DNA from: an uncultured virus (IMG/VR IMGVR_UViG_3300031851_000010)
Lineage: Duplodnaviria; Heunggongvirae; Uroviricota; Caudoviricetes
Virus record (IMG/VR): IMGVR_UViG_3300031851_000010
Strand: one strand, 5' to 3'
DNA: 20,000 nt
Of this stretch, positions 12,001 to 19,787 are shown piece by piece. Every line of letters starts with the position of its first letter. Position 1 is the first letter of the stretch. Made by a program: the position numbers and the translations under genes. The notes below the pieces were generated by a model. It did no database searches. It saw nothing but the letters and a program-made list of their open reading frames with translations, and was not told the origin of the DNA.

Positions 12001-13030
12001 TGCTGATGGTAATGAGCCAGGACCACGAGGACCCCAAGGACCACGAGGACCGCAAGGGCCTACAGGTCCACAAGGACCCAAAGCCTCTGGAGGGGCGACA
12101 GGTCCGACAGGTAAAGAAGGTCCGGCAAGTTCAGAAAAGGGACCAAGAGGAAATGTAGGTAGTCAAGGACCAAAAGGACCTAAAGGGTTCAAAGGTGGAC
12201 AAGGACCCAAAGGACCTAAAGGTCATAAGGGGAATACAGGGGAAAAAGGATTTAAAGGTCCAAAAGGTTACAAAGGTCCTAGAGGACCGCAAGGACCCCA
12301 AGGTTTAAAAGGACCAAGATTATCTCAAGGGTCAGGAGACGTAGGTGATACAGGACCACAAGGACCGGCAAGTACTGAAAAAGGTCTTAAAGGACCTAAA
12401 GGTCCTAAAGGAGCTAAAGGACCAAAAGGCCTAAAAGGACATAAAGGTTATAAAGGACCTAAAGGTCCAAAAGGTGTACTTGGTAAAGATGGACCACAAG
12501 GTCCGCAAGGTCCAAAAGGACCTACAGGTTCTGGCGGACCAACAGGGCCAGCAGGACAAAAAGGACCAAAAGGACTTAAAGGGATTAAAGGTAGAACCGG
12601 AGAAAAAGGTTTAAAAGGACGAACTTCAAGTCAAGGCTCACAAGGTATTCAAGGAACTCAAGGACCGGCAGGAGCCCAAGGTCCGGCGGGTTCTTTTTCC
12701 GATAAAAGATTAAAGGAAAATATTAAAAAAATTGATACACCTTTACAGAAAGTTTTAAATCTACGTGGTGTTGAATTTATATGGAAAGAAGAAAATCTCG
12801 ATGGTACCGTTTTACTTGATGGTGGTAGAAAAGATATTGGAGTTATTGCTCAAGAGGTAAAAGAAGTTTTACCTGAATTAATTGGTGGTTCAGAAGAAAG
12901 AGGTTATAAAGTTAGTTATGAACAATTAATCTCAGTATTATTTGAAGCAATTAAGGAACAAGAATTAATCTTAAAGGATAAAGATGGTGAACTAACTGAG
13001 TTAGAGGGAAAGTTTAAACGTAATCAATAA
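9059..13030 (+). CDS. Collagen-like fibre protein C (1323 aa) with C-terminal peptidase S74 autochaperone
   Basis: TAATG coupling. The N-domain resembles that of B (IxPTG...IxFSGT...DxxGxWxG). About 1125 aa of interrupted Gly-X-Y, then SDKRLKENI...GVEFIWK...[15 protein letters not shown]...VSYEQL from 12698. Confidence 0.9.
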   Translation: MANIIIYPTGSTLNTNPHIIFSGTGVDYTIEIDTTGDLVFKSSTNIFKISDSATPLSLPGEVNVINSELYVGSMMVVDSGGHWVGQTEGLKGQKGLKGLQGVDGDKGLKGNKGIQGIVGPTGDKGDFGIKGGIGSDGEKGIKGELSVKGDKGNRGPQGEKGIVGPKGLKGLKPSDSTKGLKGPTGLKGLTSSDKGTKGPTGLKGVKGNKGLKPEQGPKGSIGGDSPQGPTGLKGPTSSDKGQKGPKGIKGVKGQKGILGNQGPQGDKGVRSTDGDNGPQGPTGPTADKGPIGNKGIKGLTGPQGPQGPDGIVGVQGPDGDLGPRGPQSTDKGDKGIKGIKGIKGIKGPKQGRGVIGTQGEKGFIGPQGPTGPGGPAAVKGPIGPQGPTGPKGFDGDRGLQGDSLKGPTGSGGDNGPQGPASTDKGTKGLKGLIGIKGIKGLIGPQSSTSSGSQGPTGPQGPIGPASSDKGLKGPEGTKGLRGPQGPQGPQGNNEKGLIGDVAVGGDIGPTNTDKGLQGPTGDKGPKGFQGPRGTIGTSPKGARGTQGPTGPTAEKGPSGTSTNKGNKGIKGIKGPKGTDGPRGTIGNSITGPTGPNGPTGPNNADKGLKGPQGPTGPTNTDKGTQGPKGPRGNQGGQGPQGPTGPKGTTGGQGPTGPSSTDKGIKGQKGYKGTKGPNGPTGPTGPKGTKNTTQGDKGPSSTDKGLKGYKGPKGLQTGRGTQGSQGPKASNGATGPTGPKGPASTDRGPIGPKGPQGNDGNRGPQGSASGTGIQGPTGPKGPAGNTAGPKGAIGPRQSQGSQGPQGSKASQGTNGPTGPQGPASTDRGPQGNKGIKGDLGPQGPKATQGSGGDTGPQGPTGPSSTDKGNKGLKGGLKSQTSDKGIKGYKGPRAATGQQGPQGPASSVRGPEGNKGPRGPQGSQGPQGPKASQGLNGPTGPQGPASTDKGNKGIKGPRGGQGPQGPTGYQPGQGPQGPKGAVGADGNEPGPRGPQGPRGPQGPTGPQGPKASGGATGPTGKEGPASSEKGPRGNVGSQGPKGPKGFKGGQGPKGPKGHKGNTGEKGFKGPKGYKGPRGPQGPQGLKGPRLSQGSGDVGDTGPQGPASTEKGLKGPKGPKGAKGPKGLKGHKGYKGPKGPKGVLGKDGPQGPQGPKGPTGSGGPTGPAGQKGPKGLKGIKGRTGEKGLKGRTSSQGSQGIQGTQGPAGAQGPAGSFSDKRLKENIKKIDTPLQKVLNLRGVEFIWKEENLDGTVLLDGGRKDIGVIAQEVKEVLPELIGGSEERGYKVSYEQLISVLFEAIKEQELILKDKDGELTELEGKFKRNQ
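11276..12139 (+). repeat. About 120-bp (40-aa) degenerate super-repeats (GPASTD[KR] anchored) within collagen C
   Basis: [49 protein letters not shown] and GPASSEK recur at 40-aa spacing (once 41). Confidence 0.8.
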
Positions 13031-14069
13031 TCATATCATTTAAATACTTTTTAACTAAAGTATGGTCGGCATAATCATAATAACTTCTACTCATTGATGC
13101 ACCTTCAATTACTTCCTCAGTAATCATTTCTTTAGTGAGGTCTTCAAAGTCACCATAATAGTCAAATGCATTTCTATAATCATCTAATTGATAGTCATCA
13201 TTAAAAATTGAACTAAATAAAAAAGGTATGAATTTGGTAACTTCAATGATGTAGTTATATATAGTTTTCTCCTCACCTTTACTATTCTTTATGGTCTTAG
13301 ATTCCCAATCACCACTATTATCTATCTCCAATAAACTTCTAACTTCACTCATTATTTCATTATACTTTTCATCGGTATATGCTGTATTATATGAGTTATG
13401 GTGAAGTGAATATAAATTACTTGAAACTTCAGAAGCTTCATCTAATAAAACTTTAGTAGATGTTTCATCTTCTTCTAAAATATCCATTACTAACATAGGG
13501 TCTTTAACATCAACATAATCGGGGTGACCTTGGTCTTTAGCCATATTTTCTAATAACTCAGTTTCGGGTGAAATTTGAGTTCCTGATAATTCTTCAGATA
13601 TTGATTTGGCAAGTAAGAATTTATTTTTTTCATTTAACTCTTCAATAACATCGGTATACAAATTTTGAGTAACATCGCTAAATGGTTCGAACCAATCATC
13701 TTCACCTAAAATATTTTTAACCATTTCCGATGATGACATTTCACGATTACCGTCATCTGATTTAAAAAAAATACTTAAGTCTGACCTTTCACCAAGAGTT
13801 AAAAAATATTTATCACCTTTCTTAGTTATATCACTATAAGTGGAAACAATGTTATCGATAGTTTTTTTACGGTCATCAATATAACTCTTTCTTAGATAAG
13901 TCATTGGAAACATTTCAATAACACTTTCGTATGTGTCGGAGTTTTGAAGTAACCCAAACCTTTCTAACAAATCAAAAAAACTATCCTTATCTCCATTGAG
14001 ATAACGGTTGATAAAGTCTTCAACCTCACCTGAACCTCCCGATAGTATATTGATAATTTTTTCTTTCAT
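13014..14069 (-). CDS. Acidic hypothetical protein (351 aa)
   Basis: Long ORF in AT-rich DNA with ATG start and an upstream TATATTTAT motif. D/E/Y-rich, with no family recognised. Confidence 0.85.
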   Translation of the reverse strand: MKEKIINILSGGSGEVEDFINRYLNGDKDSFFDLLERFGLLQNSDTYESVIEMFPMTYLRKSYIDDRKKTIDNIVSTYSDITKKGDKYFLTLGERSDLSIFFKSDDGNREMSSSEMVKNILGEDDWFEPFSDVTQNLYTDVIEELNEKNKFLLAKSISEELSGTQISPETELLENMAKDQGHPDYVDVKDPMLVMDILEEDETSTKVLLDEASEVSSNLYSLHHNSYNTAYTDEKYNEIMSEVRSLLEIDNSGDWESKTIKNSKGEEKTIYNYIIEVTKFIPFLFSSIFNDDYQLDDYRNAFDYYGDFEDLTKEMITEEVIEGASMSRSYYDYADHTLVKKYLNDMIIDYV

Positions 14070-14085
14070 AACACGTTATTTACAT

Positions 14086-14094
14086 ATAAATATA
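14086..14094 (-). promoter_or_regulatory. TATATTTAT motif, putative phage promoter element
   Basis: Lies 16 nt upstream of the ATG at 14069, on the coding strand. The identical 9-mer precedes two neighbouring genes. Confidence 0.5.
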
Positions 14095-14119
14095 AAAAAA
14101 GGTGAGTTTTACCTCACCT
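14094..14119 (-). terminator. Rho-independent terminator downstream of the 43-aa ORF
   Basis: The minus strand reads AGGTGAG-GTAAAA-CTCACCT followed by a T run: a 7-bp perfect stem about 28 nt after the TAA at 14148. Confidence 0.75.
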
Positions 14120-14147
14120 ATTTACCCCAATCCCTTATTTTGTTTAA

Positions 14148-14279
14148 TTACTTCTTATCGTAATACTTTTCAACCGTCTTTTTGATGGCTTCTTTAACAG
14201 TTTGAGTGTTTGTACTTTTAACAGTTTGTGAACTTTGTTTTGTTTGGTTTTTGTTTTTGTTTTTACATCCGCATCCCAT
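14148..14279 (-). CDS. Small basic protein, 43 aa (MGCGCKNKNKNQTKQSSQTVKSTNTQTVKEAIKKTVEKYYDKK); absent from the ORF track
   Basis: Manual translation. It has its own upstream TATATTTAT motif and a downstream terminator. Confidence 0.75.
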   Translation of the reverse strand: MGCGCKNKNKNQTKQSSQTVKSTNTQTVKEAIKKTVEKYYDKK

Positions 14280-14310
14280 AGTTGATATTTTTTTAGTAAA
14301 GTTTATAATA

Positions 14311-14319
14311 ATAAATATA
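14311..14319 (-). promoter_or_regulatory. TATATTTAT motif, putative phage promoter element
   Basis: Lies 31 nt upstream of the ATG at 14279, on the coding strand. Confidence 0.45.
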
Positions 14320-14355
14320 AGTAACCATGAATTAGTGTAATAATCGGTTTTTATT

Positions 14356-14364
14356 TATATTTAT
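14356..14364 (+). promoter_or_regulatory. TATATTTAT motif, putative phage promoter element
   Basis: Lies 17 nt upstream of the ATG at 14382, on the coding strand. Confidence 0.5.
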
Positions 14365-14381
14365 GATAAAAGTACAATATT

Positions 14382-16001
14382 ATGAATCTTAGTCAAGTTT
14401 TATTAGAAAGTAGGAAGGATGATTTTTTAAGAATGTTTAGAGACAAGTTTTCTGACGAACAACTTAAAAAAGTTTTTACCCTATCTAGACAATTAGCCCC
14501 TAATCAAAAATTCCTTACATTTTTAGGTAAAGTTATACCTACAGAAAATTTTGATGAGAATTTAAGTAAAGCTGAAAAAGTAGTTGAGAAATTTATTAAG
14601 TACCAACAAGCTCTACAACAAAAAGATATTAATCAATTTAAAACTTTAGATGAGATAATAACTGCTATTAATAATCATGAGAATAAAGTTAGACGTACAG
14701 TTAAATCTGTTGATGGTGCTGATGTTGTTTATGAAGATGACCGATTTACGGTTGTAACTCCTCAAACACATAAGGCGAGTTGTTATTATGGTGCTGGTAC
14801 TAAGTGGTGTACTGCCTCTATGAATGGTTCTTCACATTTCGATAACTACAATGTAGATGGTAAACTTTTCTATATCTTAGATAAAAAAGCAAAAAGTAAT
14901 GACAAATATTATAAAGTGGCTTTATTACAAAAATATGATGGAGATAAAACATTCTATGATGCACCTGATAAATCTTTTAAAGATGGGTGGATATTAGGTA
15001 CTCCAGAATATGATGAAATTCAAAACGCGATTGATAAATACATTAATACTAACTACCAAAGAGAGATTAATATCTTTAAAGATAAAGAGGCGGCTAGACT
15101 TGAAAGAGAAAGATTAAGAAGAGTGGCTGAAAGACGTAGAATTGCTCAGTTAAGGGCTGATGCGGATGAAAGAAAAGAAGAGGATTCATGGAATTTAGAA
15201 AACGAACCTGACCAACAAGCGCTGGAGGCTAATGCGGTATTTGAAGTTATGGTTGATGAGTACGGCGTATCTGTTTTAGAAGAAGAAGGTGAGTCTATAT
15301 ATGATTTAATCCCGTCACAGTATAATCATTATGATTTACCAACATTTGAATGGGTAGGTGATGATGATACTGGAATAACCTTTGCTGTTGGTACGTGGGA
15401 TGAAGTATGGCAAGCGGCTAAAGAATATATGGAAGGACTATGGGATGACCAAGGGGCTGACGGATGGAGTAGCTCGTTTATTGAAAGTCATATTGATGAG
15501 CAGGAAGTTAGAGATTATTTTTATGATATGTTTGAAGATGATGTAAATAATAATTATGAATCATATTTTGATACAGACGAATTACCACTATCAGACGAAC
15601 AAGAATCTCAAGTAGCCAAATTAAAAGAAGAGGCAGAAGAGTTAGATGAGATAACTAGAAATGTAGATGACGTATATAATGAAGATGAGGTAGAATTAGC
15701 TGAAGATAGATGGAATGAAATAGATGATGAAATAACATATATTGAATCTGACCCTGAAGGTGAACCGACAGAGGAACAAATTGAAGATATGGTAAATAGT
15801 AGAGTTAATGATGTCATGTATGATATGATGGCTAGTATGACCGATTATGGTTTAGATATAAGTGACTATGTCGATAAAGATGCGTTATTTGAGTCAGCAA
15901 TTGATAGCGATGGTGTGGGTAATTCTCTTAGTAGTTACGATGGGTTAGATAATGAAGTAATGATAGGTGATACTTGGTTTCACGTTTTTAGAACAGAATA
16001 A
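14382..16001 (+). CDS. Phage hypothetical protein (539 aa): CYYGxGTKWCT domain, charged helix, highly acidic C-terminal domain
   Basis: KDINQF...VVYEDD...ASCYYGAGTKWCTAS is shared with the next ORF. An E/R-rich linker precedes a D/E-rich C-terminal half. Confidence 0.85.
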   Translation: MNLSQVLLESRKDDFLRMFRDKFSDEQLKKVFTLSRQLAPNQKFLTFLGKVIPTENFDENLSKAEKVVEKFIKYQQALQQKDINQFKTLDEIITAINNHENKVRRTVKSVDGADVVYEDDRFTVVTPQTHKASCYYGAGTKWCTASMNGSSHFDNYNVDGKLFYILDKKAKSNDKYYKVALLQKYDGDKTFYDAPDKSFKDGWILGTPEYDEIQNAIDKYINTNYQREINIFKDKEAARLERERLRRVAERRRIAQLRADADERKEEDSWNLENEPDQQALEANAVFEVMVDEYGVSVLEEEGESIYDLIPSQYNHYDLPTFEWVGDDDTGITFAVGTWDEVWQAAKEYMEGLWDDQGADGWSSSFIESHIDEQEVRDYFYDMFEDDVNNNYESYFDTDELPLSDEQESQVAKLKEEAEELDEITRNVDDVYNEDEVELAEDRWNEIDDEITYIESDPEGEPTEEQIEDMVNSRVNDVMYDMMASMTDYGLDISDYVDKDALFESAIDSDGVGNSLSSYDGLDNEVMIGDTWFHVFRTE

Positions 16002-17431
16002 TGAAGTTATTAAATTTAATAGAAGGTAGAAGAGAAGATATACTCAATCGTTTTGATGAGAACCCTGAGTTACGCAAAACAATAGAGGAGTTCTTAGACC
16101 ATGAATTCAATAAGAAAACAAATTATAAATATGTAAATTGGGTACTTAAAAGAAATTTTGATGACTTTGGTAATACAATTATTTCTTTAGATAGTGTAAT
16201 TAATTGGATTGAAAAATTTGATAGAGTAAGGAAAAACTTACAATACAAAGATATTAATCAATATAAAAACCTTCATGACCTTATCGATGCGTTAGAAGTT
16301 TACGGTGACACAAAAAGTGAAGAAAAAACTAAAGTAGAAGCGGGTACCTCAAAGATATATGAGGACTCTGAAGTTTTAATAGTTAAACCACTTACTCAAA
16401 AATCATCATGTTATTATGGTCAGGGTACCAAATGGTGTACGTCAGCCACATCTGGTGGTAACGCATTTAGAGCCTATAATGATAGAGGTCCTTTGTATTA
16501 TTTTATATTTAAAAATTTAAATAAAGATAATGATTATTATAAAATCGCCATTCATTATAATGTAGCTGAGGATAGGTACTCACTTTTTGATGCTAAAGAT
16601 AATTTTAATTCTAATCTGTTAGGTTTTTTAAAAACAAATTCAGCTTTCAATTCGATTGAAAAAGATATTGAAGAAAATCATAAAGTTGATGAATCTAAAA
16701 GTTTAGAGATTATGTTAATTAAACTTATTAGAGAAAATAAGTTTAATTTTAGTAAAATTAGAAAATATGTTTTATACGATAAGTTAGTTAATATAATTGG
16801 TGATGATAAAGGTACGAGACCACTTGTAGTCGGTTGGTATGGTGAAAAACGTATTATGATTAAAGTAAGTGATAACGATGAGGAAATAGAATTTAGGGAA
16901 TTAAGAAACAGTACTCCAAATTATGTTTATGATAGGAGACCTCTATATGAAATGGTAGAATATCTTGAGTCTAAATCGGACCCATATGATTTAGCACATT
17001 TATTAAGTCAAAATACTATACATACTAATTATAAAGTTATTAGAGATATATTTAATTTCTTTATTGAAGAATTACATGAAGAGTTAAGTGTGGGTAATCA
17101 AGAAGGTTTTAAGTTTTGGAACCCTGTAAACTCACATTCAAATTACCGTTTTGAAAGTAGAAATCCTGATAATGCTTACATTAAATTTTTAAATTATATA
17201 ACTCAAAAAACAAATGAAGGGGAACCAGCCAGTAAGAGAGATTTCTTAATTAATGTCTTAGAAAAAGACCCTGAAGACGTAGTATTTTCAGGATATCTCT
17301 CAACAATGTTCAGTTCAATGAAAGATGCTGGACTCGTTAGTCTTTACAGAGCCAATACTTCGCCTTATTTTAGGTACAGGCTTGGGCCCAACCACAGTGT
17401 TTGGGAAAAAGGAAGACTAAAGAGAATATGA
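16001..17431 (+). CDS. Phage hypothetical protein (476 aa), paralogue of the upstream gene at its N-terminus, with an unrelated C-terminus
   Basis: TAATG coupling. Contains KDINQY...KIYEDS...SSCYYGQGTKWCTSA. Confidence 0.85.
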   Translation: MKLLNLIEGRREDILNRFDENPELRKTIEEFLDHEFNKKTNYKYVNWVLKRNFDDFGNTIISLDSVINWIEKFDRVRKNLQYKDINQYKNLHDLIDALEVYGDTKSEEKTKVEAGTSKIYEDSEVLIVKPLTQKSSCYYGQGTKWCTSATSGGNAFRAYNDRGPLYYFIFKNLNKDNDYYKIAIHYNVAEDRYSLFDAKDNFNSNLLGFLKTNSAFNSIEKDIEENHKVDESKSLEIMLIKLIRENKFNFSKIRKYVLYDKLVNIIGDDKGTRPLVVGWYGEKRIMIKVSDNDEEIEFRELRNSTPNYVYDRRPLYEMVEYLESKSDPYDLAHLLSQNTIHTNYKVIRDIFNFFIEELHEELSVGNQEGFKFWNPVNSHSNYRFESRNPDNAYIKFLNYITQKTNEGEPASKRDFLINVLEKDPEDVVFSGYLSTMFSSMKDAGLVSLYRANTSPYFRYRLGPNHSVWEKGRLKRI

Positions 17432-18204
17432 GATTAGATACCAATTGGATTTTACAAGAACCTATAGATTTAGAGCATAAACAATATGTTCTAATGGACT
17501 ATATTACCAAAGTTGATAAGGACTTTGATGAATTTAAGTTATACCCATCCTTCCAAGAATTGTCGTTACATTTAGCTAACGTTGGTTCAATTAAGGACCG
17601 TTCTAGATATATTACACTTAATAGGGAACCAGACGATATTGATGATGAAATATTATTAGACGACTTGGTGTATAATAATTTAAGACATAGTAAAGAAACT
17701 AAAGAAGAAATATCAAAGATTATAAAGTTTTCTCAGAGTAGATTAACGGATTTATTTTTAATAGGTAAGTCTATATGGACATTACTATATGATAATGTTT
17801 CAATACGAATTGTCTTTAATGACCTTAAAAAAACAAATACTAAACCAGGTATAGGGTTTTTTTATATTGTGTATGATGAGTTATTACATGTTTATCAATA
17901 TAGAATTAATACCTACACTAAAACAACTAATGAAAATAAATGTAAAGTAGATTTAATTTATAAAGGTGACGTGATAGACGTAACCGATAAAAAAAGTCTA
18001 ATTAATTTAATTAGAAGTAAAGCTATTATTTTCAATGAAAAAAAATCAGAAAAGTTTTTAAAACAGATAGAAGATTCATATCCTATTTTTAGGGTTAGGT
18101 ATGAAGAAAAATTTCCGTTAGAAGGTTCTATTTTATCTATAGCTAAGAGAAAGGTTATGAACTATATTTTTCAAACAATTAAAATTCAAGAATTAAAGTC
18201 CTAA
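17428..18204 (+). CDS. Hypothetical protein resembling a conserved Bacteroidota family
   Basis: The ATG at 17428 forms an ATGA overlap with the upstream stop and is preferred over TTG 17401. Motifs W..EPIDLEHKQYVLMDY..KLYP and PLEGSILSIAKR are recalled as similar to Bacteroidota hypotheticals (not searched). Confidence 0.75.
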   Translation: MRLDTNWILQEPIDLEHKQYVLMDYITKVDKDFDEFKLYPSFQELSLHLANVGSIKDRSRYITLNREPDDIDDEILLDDLVYNNLRHSKETKEEISKIIKFSQSRLTDLFLIGKSIWTLLYDNVSIRIVFNDLKKTNTKPGIGFFYIVYDELLHVYQYRINTYTKTTNENKCKVDLIYKGDVIDVTDKKSLINLIRSKAIIFNEKKSEKFLKQIEDSYPIFRVRYEEKFPLEGSILSIAKRKVMNYIFQTIKIQELKS

Positions 18205-18205
18205 G

Positions 18206-18628
18206 ATGAGTAACATTAAACTTAAAAAACCTGACCATATTGTATGGGACGAAGAAACTCAAAAATATAACGCAAATATATTACCTTATGGGAGTAGCGT
18301 ATCGGCGCCCGTTATTAAAATAGAAGATATTTCATCCTACAAACAAAGGAATGTACAAAAGATACAGAAAAAATTCAATAAAAAATACCAAGAATTAGTA
18401 GATGAATATAATAATTTAGTTGATGAAGTTAAATTAAATCAAATAGTGTATGAGTCTAAATTTTCTTTTGAGCCGATAATAGGTCATATTTATTATCTTT
18501 ATTATGGAGATGATGGAAAATATTTCTTATCATTAATAGAACCTGAAATGTGGAATCAAGAATTTGTTCTAAGTGTTGAACTAAATTCTGAACATAAATG
18601 GGTCTTAATAAAAAAACCTCAAAACTAA
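18206..18628 (+). CDS. DUF2452-like protein
   Basis: The pattern KKPDHIVW..LPYGSSVSAPVI..SKFSFEPIIGHIYYLY..FLSLIEP.MW matches my recollection of DUF2452. Confidence 0.7.
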   Translation: MSNIKLKKPDHIVWDEETQKYNANILPYGSSVSAPVIKIEDISSYKQRNVQKIQKKFNKKYQELVDEYNNLVDEVKLNQIVYESKFSFEPIIGHIYYLYYGDDGKYFLSLIEPEMWNQEFVLSVELNSEHKWVLIKKPQN

Positions 18629-19560
18629 TGAAACTTCAAAACCCTATAGACGTTAATATTACAGATAAAACTGTATCAGTTCTTTTAGCGGGTGGTTTGG
18701 GTAATATGATGTTTCAGACAGCAACCTTAATGGTCTACGCTAAAGAAATGGGTTATGACCCAATTGTTGGTTATTGGACTACACATCAATCAGAGAGTTC
18801 TAAATTTAATAAACATCTTAATCGAAATGGTAGAAATATACATTTTGACCCATGGGGTGGACACATATTAAAAGACCCACATATATCATTTGGTGATGTT
18901 TACCCTAAATTACCGTGGTTCGATAGTAGACCTAATGCCTTTGAATGGTGGTTTGACCAAAGTTTAGGGTGGGATATAGATACTGGTGAAGGTGGAGTGT
19001 ACTACGATTTAAAACAAAAAGTAAAACCACCTTACCTATTTCAGGGTTACTTTTTTAATAAATTGTATTGGCATCACGAGAGGGATTATATTTTAGAAAT
19101 ATTCGAACCTGATGAAAATATAACAAATTATATTGAATACAATTATGGTAGTTTATTTAAAAATAGTATATCCTTACATCTAAGAATGGGTGGAGGTAGA
19201 CAAGATAATTTTTTTGATATAAAATTAATACCTGAAGAATGGGTTATTAAAATTTTAAATAATGAGAGTGAGGGACATAAAGTACTTGTGTTTTCAGATA
19301 ATTTAGAATCTGCCAAAAATTTCGTAAACAAATTAGGGTTTCCTAAGGAAAAGTTTGTTTATATTGATGAAGACCCGTATATTGCGGTTCATATGATGAG
19401 TATGTGTGATAAACACATATTATCAAATTCAACGTTATCATTTTGGGGTGCGTATCTTGATAAAAAACAAGAAAATGAGTATACTTTTATTCATGAAAGT
19501 TTTTTTGAAAGACATCCTTATAGTATGATACCTTACAATAAATGGAAAATTAATAATTAA
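18628..19560 (+). CDS. Glycosyltransferase family 11 (alpha-1,2-fucosyltransferase-like)
   Basis: GGLGNMMFQ, QGYF, SLHLR, VFSDN and MSMCDKHILSNSTLSFWGAYL are GT11 hallmark motifs. The ATG at 18628 (TAATG coupling) is preferred over 18598. Confidence 0.85.
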   Translation: MKLQNPIDVNITDKTVSVLLAGGLGNMMFQTATLMVYAKEMGYDPIVGYWTTHQSESSKFNKHLNRNGRNIHFDPWGGHILKDPHISFGDVYPKLPWFDSRPNAFEWWFDQSLGWDIDTGEGGVYYDLKQKVKPPYLFQGYFFNKLYWHHERDYILEIFEPDENITNYIEYNYGSLFKNSISLHLRMGGGRQDNFFDIKLIPEEWVIKILNNESEGHKVLVFSDNLESAKNFVNKLGFPKEKFVYIDEDPYIAVHMMSMCDKHILSNSTLSFWGAYLDKKQENEYTFIHESFFERHPYSMIPYNKWKINN

Positions 19561-19571
19561 ATGATAATACT

Positions 19572-19787
19572 ATGAGTGAAAAATTTGAAATACCAACAGA
19601 ACGTATGAATATGTTAACAGGTAAACTTAGGGTACCTATTCATATCAATTACATATCGGATTATATTTTATGTGAGTCTACAGAAAAAACTAGAATAATT
19701 TTAAAACAATTAATTAATAGAGACTTAATAGAGGTTAGTAAACACGCTGATGACTATTATGTTTTAAAAGCTAAAGGTAATGAGTAA
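19572..19787 (+). CDS. Small hypothetical protein (71 aa), possibly winged-helix-like
   Basis: Fills the gap in the operon and overlaps the next ATG. The pattern 'ILKQLINRDLIEVSK..DYYVLK' suggests a helix followed by a hairpin. Confidence 0.65.
   Translation: MSEKFEIPTERMNMLTGKLRVPIHINYISDYILCESTEKTRIILKQLINRDLIEVSKHADDYYVLKAKGNE

Noticed and set aside
49..12073. Many 60-130 aa alternative-frame and antisense ORFs inside the collagen genes
   Set aside because: They are shadows of GGN-rich repetitive codons (Pro-rich antisense, W/S/L or D/K/V off-frame) with no independent coding signal.
1988..12139. 120-123 bp periodicity as a CRISPR array or non-coding repeat
   Set aside because: The units are in-frame and degenerate at synonymous positions, with no invariant repeat plus unique spacer structure.
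15608..19331. Antisense ORFs 15608-15817 and 19143-19331, and upstream starts at 17401 and 18598
   Set aside because: The antisense ORFs lie within well-supported genes. The starts at 17428 and 18628 give the stop-start coupling seen elsewhere in the operon.
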